From positions 2,232,001-2,296,000 of the forward strand of contig CM068747.1 of the NCBI GenBank assembly GCA_035084275.1: a stretch of DNA of 64,000 bases, read 5' to 3'. The translations under genes and the position numbers were made by a program. Origin of the DNA: Hydrolagus colliei. Taxonomy: Eukaryota. A model generated the notes under the pieces. That model worked only from the letters and a program-made list of their open reading frames with translations. It was not told the DNA's origin and did no database searches. Shown here piece after piece: positions 10,501 through 24,402 of the stretch. The stretch's first letter is position 1; each line of letters starts with the position of its first letter.

Positions 10501-13137
10501 TTTGGGGGGGAGACGATCATATTGTATTCTAATTATATTATAATTATATTATTTTACAATACACATAAAAATGACCAATTGAGAAAAATGAATTTTGCTG
10601 GACGTCTGTCAAAACTGGAAGAGAATTAAAATTCTATCCCTTTTGCAAATCGTACATCACTCAAAAGCCTTGATCTAAAAAGTGCTTGATGTAAAGCAAT
10701 ATTGTTATTGAAACATTGCACTAAAAACAAAGAAAAGATGATAAACATGATGTCTGGTCAGAGTGACATGACATCCCTCTGACTGATTATCGTGACACAG
10801 ATCTCTTTCTGATCTGGAACACCTGTATAGAACACCTCACAACAATCTCTGGAGTATCTTTAATGGCTAACCCATTAACCCGTTGAATCTGTTCACATGT
10901 TAAATATTCACAAGATAAAAAGATTTTGTGGCTGATGTAAATGTAAATTCCTCACAAGACTTTGTCAGTGGATCAGTTAAACCTGTATCCTGTACAACAT
11001 AACATGATTCAGTAACATGTATTTGGACTTTGGGGCAGGTGGTGAGGTGAGAGTCAGGTCAGTGCTAATCCCTTATTTCTCTTCTATTGGAATGAATGGG
11101 ATCACTCATAAAATCGGCCTTGCAAAAAATAATTGGCTGTTGTGTTTGCTTGCAAAACACAGTCACTGCCTTTTACAATGTACTCTGCAAAGTGCTTTGG
11201 GATCTTCTCCCAACATAAAAAATGCCATCCCAAATGTAAGGGTTATTATAATTATCATTGTGATTGCCACAAAGCAGCAAGCCATACAGTATTCATTTGC
11301 CTTCTTCCAGTGACCATTGCACACATCAGCAAAAGAGCCTCTGCTCAAATAAACAGACAGAACAGCGAGAGGAATCTGCGCTCGATTAGTTTGGCTAACA
11401 CAGTGCCTGAAATCAAGGAAATGCCTCCCAATTAGTGCACAGACAACCAGAATAATAAGCTGTGCAGTGGTGTACACTGAGAGTGTATAATGCATCAAGT
11501 GGTAAAAATATTACCGATTGATCATGAGGCTACGGAGCACATTGGTAAATATTCCAACGGAAGTGCGTGGGGAAAATGTGGTCAATTTGAATTTTAAATA
11601 AGCCAAGCTATTGCTTGTTACTGCAATCAAGGATCGTCTCTGGGAACCCACTGAGCCGAGCTCGCCGAGCATCAACAAGCAATGCAATAGCAATAACAGT
11701 TTGGGGGTAATATCTCAGCGGGGAAGTCCATTAAAATAAGAAGTGAAAGTAAGCCAATTTGGACAGCAAAAAAAAAACGTTTAATTGCCAACACACAAGA
11801 GCGTTGTGTCCAAGGTGATCCCTTTGAAATGGTTTAGGAATACATGAAATGAGCTTGCAAGCAAATCGCTTCTTTGAACAACAATCAAAGAATTGAACGA
11901 CGGTATTAATTCTACAGTTGCCGGGTGATTAAAAGCTTGCCGTTATGGAGGAAGTGTCTAGTTTTTCATGTCAACTGTGCTCGTCCAGGGTCATATATAT
12001 AGAATCTGTTGCTCTGACTCCGATAAGTAATTAGAGATCATTAATTAACACTACATGATCTACAGTTACAGCTGTTATTGCTGAATAAGACTTGCGAATT
12101 CCCTGCTGGGGAGAAATCATCTCACCAGCTCTGACATATTAGTGGAACACAAGAGGCATATTTTATATTCAAGCCTGCCATGGGAAGGTCAAAGCCAATG
12201 GCTGCGTCTGTTTTTTTCTGTGACTTTTGCTGAAGTGTGCTGTCATAATGAACAGCAGATCCCTGTGAGAGCCATGCCAGGTATTATTAAAAATTGGGAA
12301 CTGTGTTTACTAACCTTAGCTGACATTTAGGAAAAGCACACAGGAAAAATAAATTCTAATTTTCACGTTAGTACTGTACTGTACTTTAAAAAAAAATTAC
12401 AGATGATACAAATCTGAACAGCTACTGAACCATCCATTTAGTTCCAATTTCTTTTATTCTTTCTGTTTTCACTCAAATCGTTCAAAGCTATTGATGTGCA
12501 ACATATAAAATGCTGTCTGCAGTTTGTATCTAGATGATAGACTCTTGGTGGAATACGAATGTCGGAGTCATTAGTCTGAACCTAATGAAATGGTCATCGC
12601 AAGTGCTCACCATCGAATGATGAGTCATGAGAAACACAAATAATTTATAGCTTGAGCAAATATTCCACACATTGTGTATTTTAATTGCCCTTCCTTTGCC
12701 AAATGTTGCTCCGGTATTTTAAATGGTCTAAAATACCTTCACCCTTTAGATAAGTATAAAATATATTTTCTATTATTAATAATTCTCATGCTTGTTATAT
12801 GTCTTTCATGTCATGAGGACGTTCTACAGTGTAATGACTGTGTGGTTTATGGGTGAACGATTTTGCAATACAACTTACAAATACAAATTTACATTTATGT
12901 ATCGTCAGGAGGAACTAAAGATCAATAAAGGCTTTTAGACTAATGTGATCTTTTAGTTCAAGCCCTTTCGCAATTTCACAGTTATTTGTGTTTCTCGAAA
13001 GTAATCTCCACACTTTTTTTAGTTTTTAATTTTTAAATTTTGTTTAATTTAAGTGATCATACCCCTTAACATAAACAACAATCGCTTAGGGAGGAGAGAG
13101 ATTGTATGGTTTTAATAGATTTGTTTTTTATTTATTT

Positions 13138-13460
13138 ATAATAATAATAATCCTTGCATTTGGTATAGCGCTTTTCACATCTTATCGACGTCTCAAAATG
13201 ATTCACAGAATATACTGTAAAGTGAATTGACTATATATTTGTGGGCGAAACACGGCAGCCAATCGTGCACAGCAGTGTCCCACAAACAGTCGCGGATTGC
13301 AATGACCAATTTTTATTATTGTGGTTTATTTTTTTGATGGATTATTATTAGGCGTGTGGAGTAAGGAAACTTGCCCAAGGTTTCGCCCTGATCCGCCTGG
13401 ATTCGAACACAGGTCTCACGCTTCTTAGGCGAGTGCTCTAACCACTGAGCTACAGGAGCA
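13138..13460 (-). mobile_element. Full-length tRNA-derived SINE, same family as 2900-3220
   Basis: Reverse complement starts gctcctgtagctcagtggttagagcactcgcctaagaagcgtgagacctgtgttcgaatcc; (ATT)n tail. Confidence 0.9.
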
Positions 13461-14489
13461 CTGTATGTATGCCATGAGAGAGGTGCAGCTGAAGACTGCC
13501 TTTCATCTAACTTGATCTACTCCTACCTGAATAACAATAATGCTTATATTTGATAAAGCGCTTTGCACATCAGAAACAGCAACTATTTTCCTACCAGCAG
13601 CAATTAAGCTATTTCTTAAATGGTTCAGTGCCCTGGCCTGTTCTACTCTTCCAACCTAGTCCAGCAATTAATCGCCCTCTGTGTGAAGCAATAAATATGA
13701 GAGTAAAATAACGGCAATAATGACACCAAACGGAGAAACAAAAGCTACATTGTTCACTGTGGAAGACCACAGTTAATCCTGAACTCTTACCCCAAAGTGT
13801 CTCATTTCATTCTTCCTCAAGCTGTGCGATAAAATGGGGAGTTTTTTTTTACATCTGGTGAGATAAGCACATTGTACTTTCAATAAAACTGGAGTGTAAT
13901 TATTGGCCGAGCCATTGAAATGGAGCAAAACAGCTCCTAAACCCTAATGTCTGCCATTGGCTGCAACAGCTGCTACAGGGAAACTGTTCATATCCTTGTT
14001 ACAGTGTATTTTATGACCAATTATATTGATGCTCAAGTACTTGTCATCTTCACTTCTGTATTGGGTTGCTTTCCGCAGGTTAGTCATTTCGTGTGTTGAC
14101 CAAAATAATTTAGAATTCATAAGTATTGTGTGGAATACACAATGCGCGGGCACTGACGTGTGTAGCACAGTGAAGAGCACAGTAAATAAATAACACAGAC
14201 ATCTTGTCCTTTTTTTTCTATATAACCCAGCTGCTTTGGGTTGCCTGAGAACAGGAAGGACTTGCGTTTGGATCTTGAATTCATTCCCCTTGGGTGTACA
14301 TCTGCCATTCCCTGCAAGGTGGTCCCAACATTTCTGTTGTCAGCACGCACCAACCACAAGACTGGTGTGTTCCCCACAGAGATCTGGCGTCCTCCCCTTC
14401 ACATCAGCCAGTCCTTGAGGTGTATAGTCAAATCTGCCAGCAACTCTCCTGGCTAATTTGTCTCGCATTAGTGGTGTGTGGGAGACAAG

Positions 14490-14735
14490 AGTAATTATAA
14501 TCCTTGCGTTTGATTTAGGATGTCGGCATGACATCCCAAAGTGCTTCACATGATTCACTGTGTATTTTATTGAGGAACGCGGAAAGAAATTTGGGCTGAA
14601 CAATGTCCTGAAAAACACCCCAGCGGGGAACTGGAGTGTCAGCTGAGACTGTGTGAATTCAAAACTCCAAAGAGTGTCTTGAACTCACAACCTTCTGACC
14701 CAGAGGTGACATCGCTACCAACTGAGCCATGTTGA
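14490..14735 (-). mobile_element. Old tRNA-headed SINE with internal deletion
   Basis: Head cttgaactcacaaccttctgacccagaggtgacatcgctaccaactgagcc; tail taatccttgcgtttg...catcccaaagtgcttcac. Confidence 0.65.
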
Positions 14736-15160
14736 CCCACATGATTTCCATTGACTGACACAATGGTTTGCATCGACGACTGCAAGTACTCGCCCTGACA
14801 TAGCACGTGAATCAAGTGAGGTTCAGCGGCTGAATCGTAGATGTCAAGACAGCATTGTAGACAACAACAGCATTGAAATGCTAACCGGCTGGTTAATAAG
14901 AAGAGGATTTTGGAGCCCTGCTATGCATTTTCGTTTGGACAAACGTCTCTTTTTGAAGTTCAACTTAAGCGACACCCCAGGGCACAGTTTGGTAGAGTGA
15001 GGGGGGGTGGGGGGAGGGGGGGGGGGGGGGGGGGGCAGGGGAGGTACTGCTGAATCTTCTGAGGTGCCTTGTTTCAAATGTCATACTGAGCCGAGATCTG
15101 ACCTGATCATCGAGATGGACTTTGATGACCCCACAGTCATAACAAGGCATTTCTCTTCAT

Positions 15161-15302
15161 AAACAAAACACAAAATATTACAGATGCTGGGAATCTGAAA
15201 CAAAAACAAAAGCAGAAGTTGCTGGGGAAACTCAGCAGGTCAGGCAGCATCCATGGAGAAAGGAAAAAGAGTCAACGTTTCGGGTCTACAACCCTTCTCA
15301 TG
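15161..15302 (-). mobile_element. Penelope-like element terminal-repeat fragment
   Basis: cagatgctgggaatctgaaacaaaaac...actcagcaggtcaggcagcatccatggag...gtcaacgtttcgggtc resembles a common chondrichthyan PLE-associated repeat (recalled, not searched). Confidence 0.55.
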
Positions 15303-16902
15303 TCTGTTTGTGGTGCCTTCTCTGTGTTGTTTGCCCACAAGTACAGGCAGTGCGCTTAACCATAGTCACTTTTGAGGTAAAAGGCATTTGTAAAAATGCA
15401 AGTTCTTTATTGGAAACCCAATTTGCAGTATACAGTCAGCTACACTCAAAAGCTTGATAATTAAGGTCGCAATTGTTTGCAATGCAGTTGCATACATCCA
15501 GCCAGGGAAGACATTTTTATTTACATCTTCTGTTCTTCTTCTTGTGAAATATTTTAACATTAAAACTCATTTTAAATGAGCAATATGTATGCACAGTACG
15601 AATAAGCAGATGGTGTGAAATGACAGAAAATTATACATGTGTGATGCCAGCCGGCAGCATTTTGCAGAGATAATTACCTTAAATGAACTCGAATGCAGTA
15701 AAATCTTGACACTAGAACAAGGCTAGTGACAAGATGTGTAATTACAGTAATAACCTTTTGAACCCTTTGAAGGAACAACTGTGATGTTATTTTGCAGAAA
15801 TTAAGGAAGAAACAGAATTTTTTGAAGAATTCACCCGTATTTTTCAAAATGTGGATAAATCGTTAGGACATTATTGATGGTCTGTGACCTTAACAAAGCT
15901 GGACCACTCTGCATTTGGCATCACTCGATGTTTGGTGTTGAACTTTGCTGAACAAACTGTGGTCTTGTTGCTTCTGAAACATACTGATGATATGTTTTAC
16001 ATGGAAGAATTGCCTTGCATGAACTCATTGTTAATGGGCACTAATTTACTCGTGCTCAGCGAGACAAGAAACCAAGGTTTTTTAACAAAAGGTCATTGAC
16101 TCCTCTATCGCAACCCACTCCTTCCTTTTACAGCCACACAAGACATATCCTTCAATGGATCTCACCCCTTACTACGCCCAACTTCCAGGGAAGCAATCAA
16201 TGCAGATATCCCAGAATCTCAGAGATAGTCAAACAAACAAAAAGGTGCAAACTATTCAGCCACCCACAAATCTCCACAATTCAACCGTGGCATCTTTCTC
16301 TTGTACAACAAACAACAATAACAAAATTACATTTATAGTGAGCCTCCAATTTCGCAGCACAGAAAATACTATGGATGGACATTTAGTGTGTCGTGATCTG
16401 CACGCTTTCCCAAAGAAGAAGGGGTGAAAGAATTAATGACAACAAGCTTTCCATCACAGCATTGTTTAAGGCATATTGCAATGTATGAATTGGTTACCAA
16501 ATCCATCGTCAAATACAGCCTTTTAGAGTGCATTCCATTAAGTGCTTTGAGACATCCTCCTGACATGAAAAGCGCTGCATCAAATACAAGCATTATTTAT
16601 TATTAATTAGCCTGTATCACTTTTTGAAATTGCACCGTTCAAGCCAGGCCTACCTAATCTACTGAGCGAACAGGTTTATTAAATTTACCAATTTATAAGT
16701 GGGGGTGAGTGATATAAATGTACATCTCGATATTGGGTTGATTGCTCCAAAAATTAAAATGCAGACATCAGGCACCATTTCCCTTCCATGCTGAGTGAAA
16801 ACATTTGATATCCATTTTTTATTATGTAGAATCTATTATCTTCTTAGATTTTTGATGCTTAGAAGTAAAATTGATTTTAATTTTTCAAACTAAGCAGCTT
16901 GA

Positions 16903-17130
16903 ATCATCATAGAATCATAGAATCATAGAATCATAGAATTTTACGGCACAAAAGGAGGCCATTCGGCCCATCTAGTCTGTGCCGGCTCTTTGAAAAGAGC
17001 GATTCAATCCCATTGCCCTGCCCGCTCCCCATAGCCTAATAGACCCGTTCTCCCTAAATAAAGATCTAATTCCCTTTTAAAAGTTGTTATCGAATCAGCC
17101 TCCACCACCTTTTCAGGCAATGCATTCCGA
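16903..17130 (-). mobile_element. CR1 LINE 3' end with (ATCATAGA)n octamer tail
   Basis: Four atcataga units, then ggaggccattcggcccatc...gcctccaccaccttttcaggcaatgcattcc; the tail equals the CR1 (ATTCTRTG)n signature on the minus strand. Confidence 0.85.
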
Positions 17131-17370
17131 CTCAGATGCTTCATTTCCTCAGTGAGCACCAGCCTGTTTCACATTCTCCACCCCATCATTGGTGATCAGG
17201 CTTTCAGTCTATATAGGTGCGCTATTATTTTCCTATAGGGAGATATAAAAATGGAGAAATATTCCCCTATAAATGCAACTGGCAACTGCAAATATTGCAT
17301 CTCCTGTACAATCTGCAATATGATGTCAACCATATGAACATGTACAGTTAATCCCAATTTGTCTTTTCAG

Positions 17371-17436
17371 GCGGAAGATGTCACAAGTCTTGCAAAGGTC
17401 GATGTTGGGGTCCATTAGCGAACCAGTGTCAGAGCC
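17371..17436 (+). CDS. ERBB4: ERBB4 exon 5 (furin-like cysteine-rich domain II)
   Basis: ttttcag|GCGG...GAGCC|gtgagt; 66 nt; [22 protein letters not shown]. Confidence 0.95.
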
Positions 17437-18181
17437 GTGAGTAACTTTTACTATCGGGAAAAGTTAACAAGCGGATCCTTTTCCGTTCATCCGTACCCCA
17501 CGGATGTTTTATTCCTTGCCGATTAACAAATGTGAATGATGATCCTGTGTGAAAGATTGAGATCACGCCCAACAAATTGCGATGGTTGGGGTAAATGAAC
17601 AAATGTAAATGAAAAGCAGCATCTTATTTGATTTTGCGCTGTCATGTTTATCAGAAGGATATATAATCTGGGGATTTATTTGCTGAATTATATCGGTTCC
17701 TTTTGCACTGTCATTGGTTTACATAGATTATGTACAAAACTAAGCAAATTTACGTACTTAATTAAAATCCACCATATAAGTTCCATGCAATTTTTGAGCT
17801 ACAGAGTCTCGCTTGTTTCACAAGATCAGTTCAGATGAAAAAGGACTTTCGGTCTATCTGATCTCATCCTTCCAGGATAGCCACCTTGCCTTCCTCCCAT
17901 CACAGTTCAAATTTGGAGGAAGATTTTCTCATTTGATTTCTAAAGGTGCAACTATTTGGTTGCCTCGGACTCCGAATCACAGACCTCACTTTAACTTTAA
18001 ACTTCACTCGTAAAGTTCACTCCTAATATTCTCTCTGAAATTTACCTCAGGTTAAAATTCTATTGTGAAGTACTTTACTTGTCTCCTTGTACTGCATAGA
18101 CACATTTTTTAAAAAAAATTACTTTCACCTTTTCTGGAGAGTTATTAGATAAGGACAGCTCCATAAGGATCAGGGAAATAG

Positions 18182-18475
18182 ACAACGACAACAGCAACAA
18201 ACAAAATGGCATTTATAGATCGCCATTCACGTCAGGAGGACGTCCCAAGGTGCTGAACAGTCAGGCCGGGACCCGAGCAAGTGTAGTTGGGGAGGGAGGG
18301 AGAGAGTTAGAAGGGGAGGGAGAGAGTTCTGAGGGCAGCAGAAGGCACGATCGAAGAAGAGGGTCTTGAGATCAGCCATGAAGGAGGCGAGGGAGGAAGC
18401 GAAGCAAAGGGACAGTAGGATGGAGTTCTAGAGTAAGGGGCAGAGAGGCTGAAAGCCCATCCACCGATGGTAGGA
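18182..18475 (-). mobile_element. L2 3' end fragment
   Basis: Same tail as 2590 and 9440; minus ORF shows PTIGGWAFSLSAP, an L2 ORF2 C-terminal motif. Confidence 0.8.
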
Positions 18476-18842
18476 TCGGACGGGAGACATGAAACAGACG
18501 GGAGCCCACTGAACGGAGGGGACACACTCACTGACATTAGGACAGGGGACCCATGAGAAGCACGTTTTGCTACAAATTGATCAGGAGCTACTTTGTTTTT
18601 CTTTTTTAATAGAACACCCGTGGAGGTTTGTTGCATTCATCCTTCTTTGCTCTTCGAGGAAATGTCTACTTCACAATATACGATGGTGCCTTCAGTTGAG
18701 GATTATTCCAAAAAATAGGGAGATAATTGGAAAATAACAAATTATCATTGCAATAGTTATTTTTAAGTCTATAATGAACCTTAATTTTAATTGTCAATGT
18801 TAAAGTTTACCAAATAACTTTTAAAAACATACTATTCAACAT

Positions 18843-19078
18843 AGGGTGAAACCTTGGGCAAGTTTCCATGCCTAATAATAATCCTTAAAAAAACAATAAT
18901 AATTTGGTCATTTCAATCCATGACTGTTTGTGAGACACTGCTGGGTGCAATTGGCTGCCATGTTTTGCCCACAAATATAAAGTCAATTCACTTTACACTA
19001 TATTCTGTGAAGCGTTTTGAGCCATCTAGAAGATGTGAAAATTGCTATATCAAATGCAAGGATTATTATTATTATTAT
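18843..19078 (+). mobile_element. SINE, 5'-truncated
   Basis: Colinear with ~2973-3220. Confidence 0.85.
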
Positions 19079-21949
19079 ACTCTGCCTGCAACAGTTAAAA
19101 CTATATATTGTTTGCAAAAGATGCTCTGCTAGGAATCAGCCTTTAGATCTAGTTATCGACTTTTCTTAAGAAGTCTGAAAAATGAAAAAAGAAATAGTGA
19201 TAGATTTGGTGTAATGGTATCATGACTTTCTGGTCACTGTGTATCCTGTGAAGCACTTTGGGAATCTTCCTGTTATGAAAGACGCTGTGCCGAGTACTGT
19301 ATAAGGATAATTATTATTAAGCGCTTTGAGCCGCCATCTGGCGTGGAGGGCACTATATAAATCAAAGATGTTGTTGTTGTTACTAGTTACTAGCATTGTG
19401 GAATGAATGTTGTTTGACTGTTCAGTCAATGCAGCTGATTAGCTGCTGAACAAGCACAGCAAATCCACTAGAACCACAACACCTCAATGCTTGAACTTTA
19501 TATGATTTTATTGTTATTGAAGAACTGATGAAAGCCATAATTTATATTAAAATAAATATACAGAAAATGTATAAAAGGATTTTGATTGTTTTTAAGCTTT
19601 TTCTCCTAGTCTCATGGGCGTTTGGAAGTAGGGGAGCATTAAAATGTGCAACTTTGCGTACTTTTTCTACGTTTTTTGATATGAATTCTGGCTTTCGTCA
19701 GTTCTTCGATCATAACAACAGTAATAAAATCATGTTTAAAGGTTGAAAGCATCTGGATTTGAAAATGTCACAACCTAATGTCTTTGGCGAGAGATTGGAA
19801 AGTCATGGCCAAAAGCAGAGGCTAGAATGTTTCAGTCGCAGGTTGATTTGTTGAAAAAGCCTTTGAAAAAGTCCCCCAAAAAGGGAAGGAAGTTCCTTAG
19901 AAAGTGGATAAACCTGTTATTGCTATCAAAGGTGCTTTATGAAACTATTGGGTATAGGGAAAAGGGCAGGCCAGAGGGGCTGAAAGGCTTGTTGTCAAAG
20001 TTTTCCAGCACAGACACAATGGGCCAAATGGCCTCCTACTTGGCTTCACATTTTTAATACTTTAACCACAACAACACCAACTTTGATTTATATAACCACA
20101 ACATAGCCAATTTTACATTTATATAAATAACTTTCCCATCGGAAGGGCAACTCCAAGCACTTCACAGAATCTTAATGAATTGGAATCAGAATTTTAATGA
20201 GCAGCTGGTAAAAGCAGAATGTGACCTTATTTCTGATTGTCTGTTCTATTTTCCCACAAATGCTTGAGGACCAAGCCATCTGCTTGTTCCTGACTTTGAG
20301 GGACACTCACATTAAATGGATTACACCTGCAACAAACCATTCTAAAGTAATGAGTGAAAACCAATTGAGTTCTTTTTTTAAAAAGAAATTATACCATGAA
20401 GTTGCAAGCAACATTTGCAATATTATCTTCGCATCCTTGTCCTTTACTCAATGTGCCTTGTCATTAGTGAACTATAGCTCAGAAAATTTCCGCTGTTGTT
20501 TCAGTCTCAAAAGCATTTACAGGATAATTCTCTGTCAATAGGTTAAATGGTCCAGTGTCCAACGTCAAACTCTTCTCCAACAACACAGGTTTTCTTCATG
20601 GGACCAACTTAGACAAAAAAAACTATTTCTTTCTTAACACAAAGTACGTAGCAAACACGTAGAACAGATAGGGATAGAGTAAAACTAAATTTATAATGTG
20701 AAAATGCCAATACCGCAGTTCATTTACTGCACATCTGAATGGAGTGACACTTGTGTTAAAGTGAAATTAGTCTTCACTTGTAATGAAAATTGAGATATTA
20801 ATCGTCCATTATTCATCGCAAAAGGAAAAGTGGAATGAGCCTCAGACATCAATGGAAATTGAAAGCTCTAGGCATAAAGTAATCTTTGCCTGCTTGTTCA
20901 CCGAGATTCTTGATGATACTTTTAGAAGCATCAATTCTGTTTCAGCAACCTGGAAACAGTCAATCACGGGATGATGATCCTTCTCGCAAAGTGTAAAGAG
21001 TCAGTTTCAGGTCAGACTCATAATGTGAAGGAGCCGAGAATGCACCACCTCCTTTGGATTGGAGAGCTTTCAAATCAATATTGAATGCAGCAATTTTGAG
21101 TTGACCAATTACCGTAACTGAGTTTGAACTTGCTGCTTTCTGCTGCATCAAAGTGTCAGGAATGTGCAGGCAGTCAGTTCATCCGTGGGGATATTTTATT
21201 GTGGATAAACAAGACGGCATCAACGTTCCATTGTGTTACACAGTAATATATATATATTTACATTGATCGCTCTCTTAAGTCAGCACACATTCCATTTTAA
21301 ACTTGAATAATCTGGTCGTCCCAGAGGACGACCCAAATCCCAGTGCTTTGGGACATCCTCCCGACGTGAAAGGCGCCCTATAAATGTAATTTGTTGTGGT
21401 GTTGTTGTTGCCCTATGTTAGTTTAGAGCAACAGTTAAGGTGGTGCAGTTTATGTGCACATACTCTCTTTGCATAACACATTTTGAAGTTCATATTGTCA
21501 CTTTACCGGCACATCTTTCTAATAACCTTTAATGTTCTTGCTGTTGGTATCACATTAAGTTATGGATGGGGAGGGTGTGGGTGGGATGGTGGGAGTGGGG
21601 GGAGGTGATGGAAGTGATTGGGAGAGTTGAGAAATTCATCACTTTGCTACTTTGTCATTTCACATCTACACATGATGATTGCTCAGGTTTTCCAGCTCTG
21701 ATATTTCAATTGCAAACTGTTTCCAAGGTAACTTCTTACTTGGAGATAAGTACATTCTGTGTACCCCCGTTCCAAATATCTTTCAGGGAACAAGACTTAT
21801 TGTTGAGTAGTTAAGGAGTGGCTGGTGAATACGTTTGAACAGAACATATCACAAAGAAATAATTCCTTGAATCCCAGTCATGTTCTATTTAAGCAAATGG
21901 GTTTTAAGCTTAAAATCAATCATATTCAAATGCAATGAGAGCCTGGAGT

Positions 21950-22011
21950 GCTGTGTGTATTTGTGTGCATATGTATGTATGTATGTATGTGTGTGTGTGT
22001 GTGGGTGTGTG
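21950..22011. repeat. (TG)n/(TATG)n microsatellite; (CA)n also at 22708-22746
   Basis: Directly visible. Confidence 0.85.
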
Positions 22012-22548
22012 TAATAGGTAGATATTCTGGAAGGGTTAAATTCAATGGGCTGAATGCGCTTCTTCATCCACACCAACCTTGTGAAATTAGTTGAAAGGCT
22101 TTAAGAATATTAGCTACATAGAGCCTTGGAGTAAAACTACTGAAATATATGGCAGGAGGTGGGGAGGAACTGGGGTAGGCTGCCATTTTTGGGCTATGGA
22201 TTGGTCCGTGATGCAATCGAGGAGCTGAATGGTTTTCTCCTGCTTCTAATTTGCTATTTCCTAAGAGTTAGTAAACAAACTATTATTGCCAAACTGCAAA
22301 AACTAAGGAGGAAACGATGATGAGGATATTTTTTAGATTTTGTTAATTGTCAGTTAGGCGATAGATAGCCCCTTAGAATCGCTTACTCTTTATGCTCGCA
22401 ATCATTTTCGTGTTAAGTTAAGTCAATAATTCCCAATGTCATTTACTTGTGTGAAATGGGTTTGATTTGAAAGCATGAATGGCTGGATAGTTTGCGCGTT
22501 GAAACAGTAAGCTTGTATATGCATGTGTCCTGCATTGATCTTACATGA

Positions 22549-22752
<204 letters not shown>

Positions 22753-24260
22753 TGAAATCCTTAAGACTTCTTACAAAAATAAAATATTTGCTGACTTAAA
22801 TAAATGTTTTATAAGCACCTCTATGGGTCAATGGGACAGAAATCCTGTGGTAAAATGCCTCGCCACGTTTTACTGGGATTATAAATAAACGACATCTTGA
22901 TGTAGCAGTTAGCAATTTGATGGGCTCGTTGTCGATTGTTTCTGCCAATACTGTACTGCTTTTTCTCTCCTCTTTTATTACAAATAAAATGACAGCAAAG
23001 CTGCGAATGTAAAGGTTTGTACAAGGGCAGATATGCAGGCTGCAGGGGCACAAATGTTCCCCCAATGGCCAATATAAAGTGTAGCAGTAAAACTGCAGAG
23101 CAGACTGAATGGATGCATTCACAGAACTGAAAACACATATAAATATAGGACTACCACAATACATCTTTTTAACCAACATTAGATTGATTAAGGACCAGGA
23201 TACAGAGCGAGTAGATTGACCTCTTTACCAGTCCATGTTTTGAATTGCCAAGAAAAACCACGCTATCCAGCGACGGGAACATTTCTCATTTACTGAGCCT
23301 ACTGGCATCAGGCCCACAATGCCATCAGTACAGGTTTGAGGGCTAATAATAACCGAAACAGGCTGATCAAAAAGCGGTGATACTGTGACAGACAGTGTCT
23401 AATAAGTCTTTAAGAAATTACGATTTTGTTTTAGATAATAGGGTAAATATCTCGACTTTTTGGTCACACTGTAAAAGTAAATGACCGTCTGTCGCTGAGT
23501 TTCAGGACACTAATCGAATCTGCGTATTCCAGATTGTCTCATAATTTGAGAGAACAAGCCAGGTTTATTAGATCTGAATCATAAATTTCATGCGTTAAAT
23601 TTATGGAGTCCTTTCTTTTATTGTCCTTAATATATTCACAGTGGTTAACTTTCCCTTTGTTGATCCTCTTTTTAAAAAATCGTTCAGATCCCACTTCTCG
23701 ATCATTATGTGACAAAAATGTGAGAGTGCCCTAATTTCGGAGAGGCTCAAAGTAATGTTGGAGCTGAGACCCTCCTGAAGATGTATTGAACATGAAAGAT
23801 TTTTTATTCAGTCATTTATAGGAAAATTTATCTCCTTTGTATATACCCGATAATAACTTTCAGATCATATCTATTTCCTTCCAGCTAGTTTCAGATACAC
23901 CTCGACAGCACAACTGAAAGGGCATAGGTTTGGGGCTGTAAAGGACCATTTCAGAAGAAGTATTTTGGTGCAAAGGGTAATTTGATGCCTGGATTGAGTT
24001 ACCAGGATGGGTGGTTTCGGTCAGAATGGAAAGAAATGTCTTATTGCTGTGACGTTGTGACGGTATAGCTGTGGTCATTTTTTTTTTAGCAGAATGAGAT
24101 CAAGTCAGCTTACTTGATTCAGTCAAGTTGATTAATGTTAATAATTGACGGTTGTAAGATGCCTACACAGTGCCACACAATATGTAGAAGCAACACCTTT
24201 CTTAATGTATTTGAAACAAATGCGTTTCTTCCCTAACAATGGGTCTCCTTGACTTCACAG

Positions 24261-24402
24261 GCCTGCACCAACTTCAACGACAGTGGAGCCTGTGTCACAC
24301 AGTGTCCGTTACCATTTATTTACAACACCATGAGTTTCCAGCTGGAATCCAATCCACAGGCCAAGTATACCTATGGAGCCTTCTGTGTCAAGAAATGTCC
24401 AC
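24261..24402 (+). CDS. ERBB4: ERBB4 exon 7 (dimerisation arm)
   Basis: ttcacag|GCCTG...TCCAC|gtatgt; 142 nt; [47 protein letters not shown]. Confidence 0.96.
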
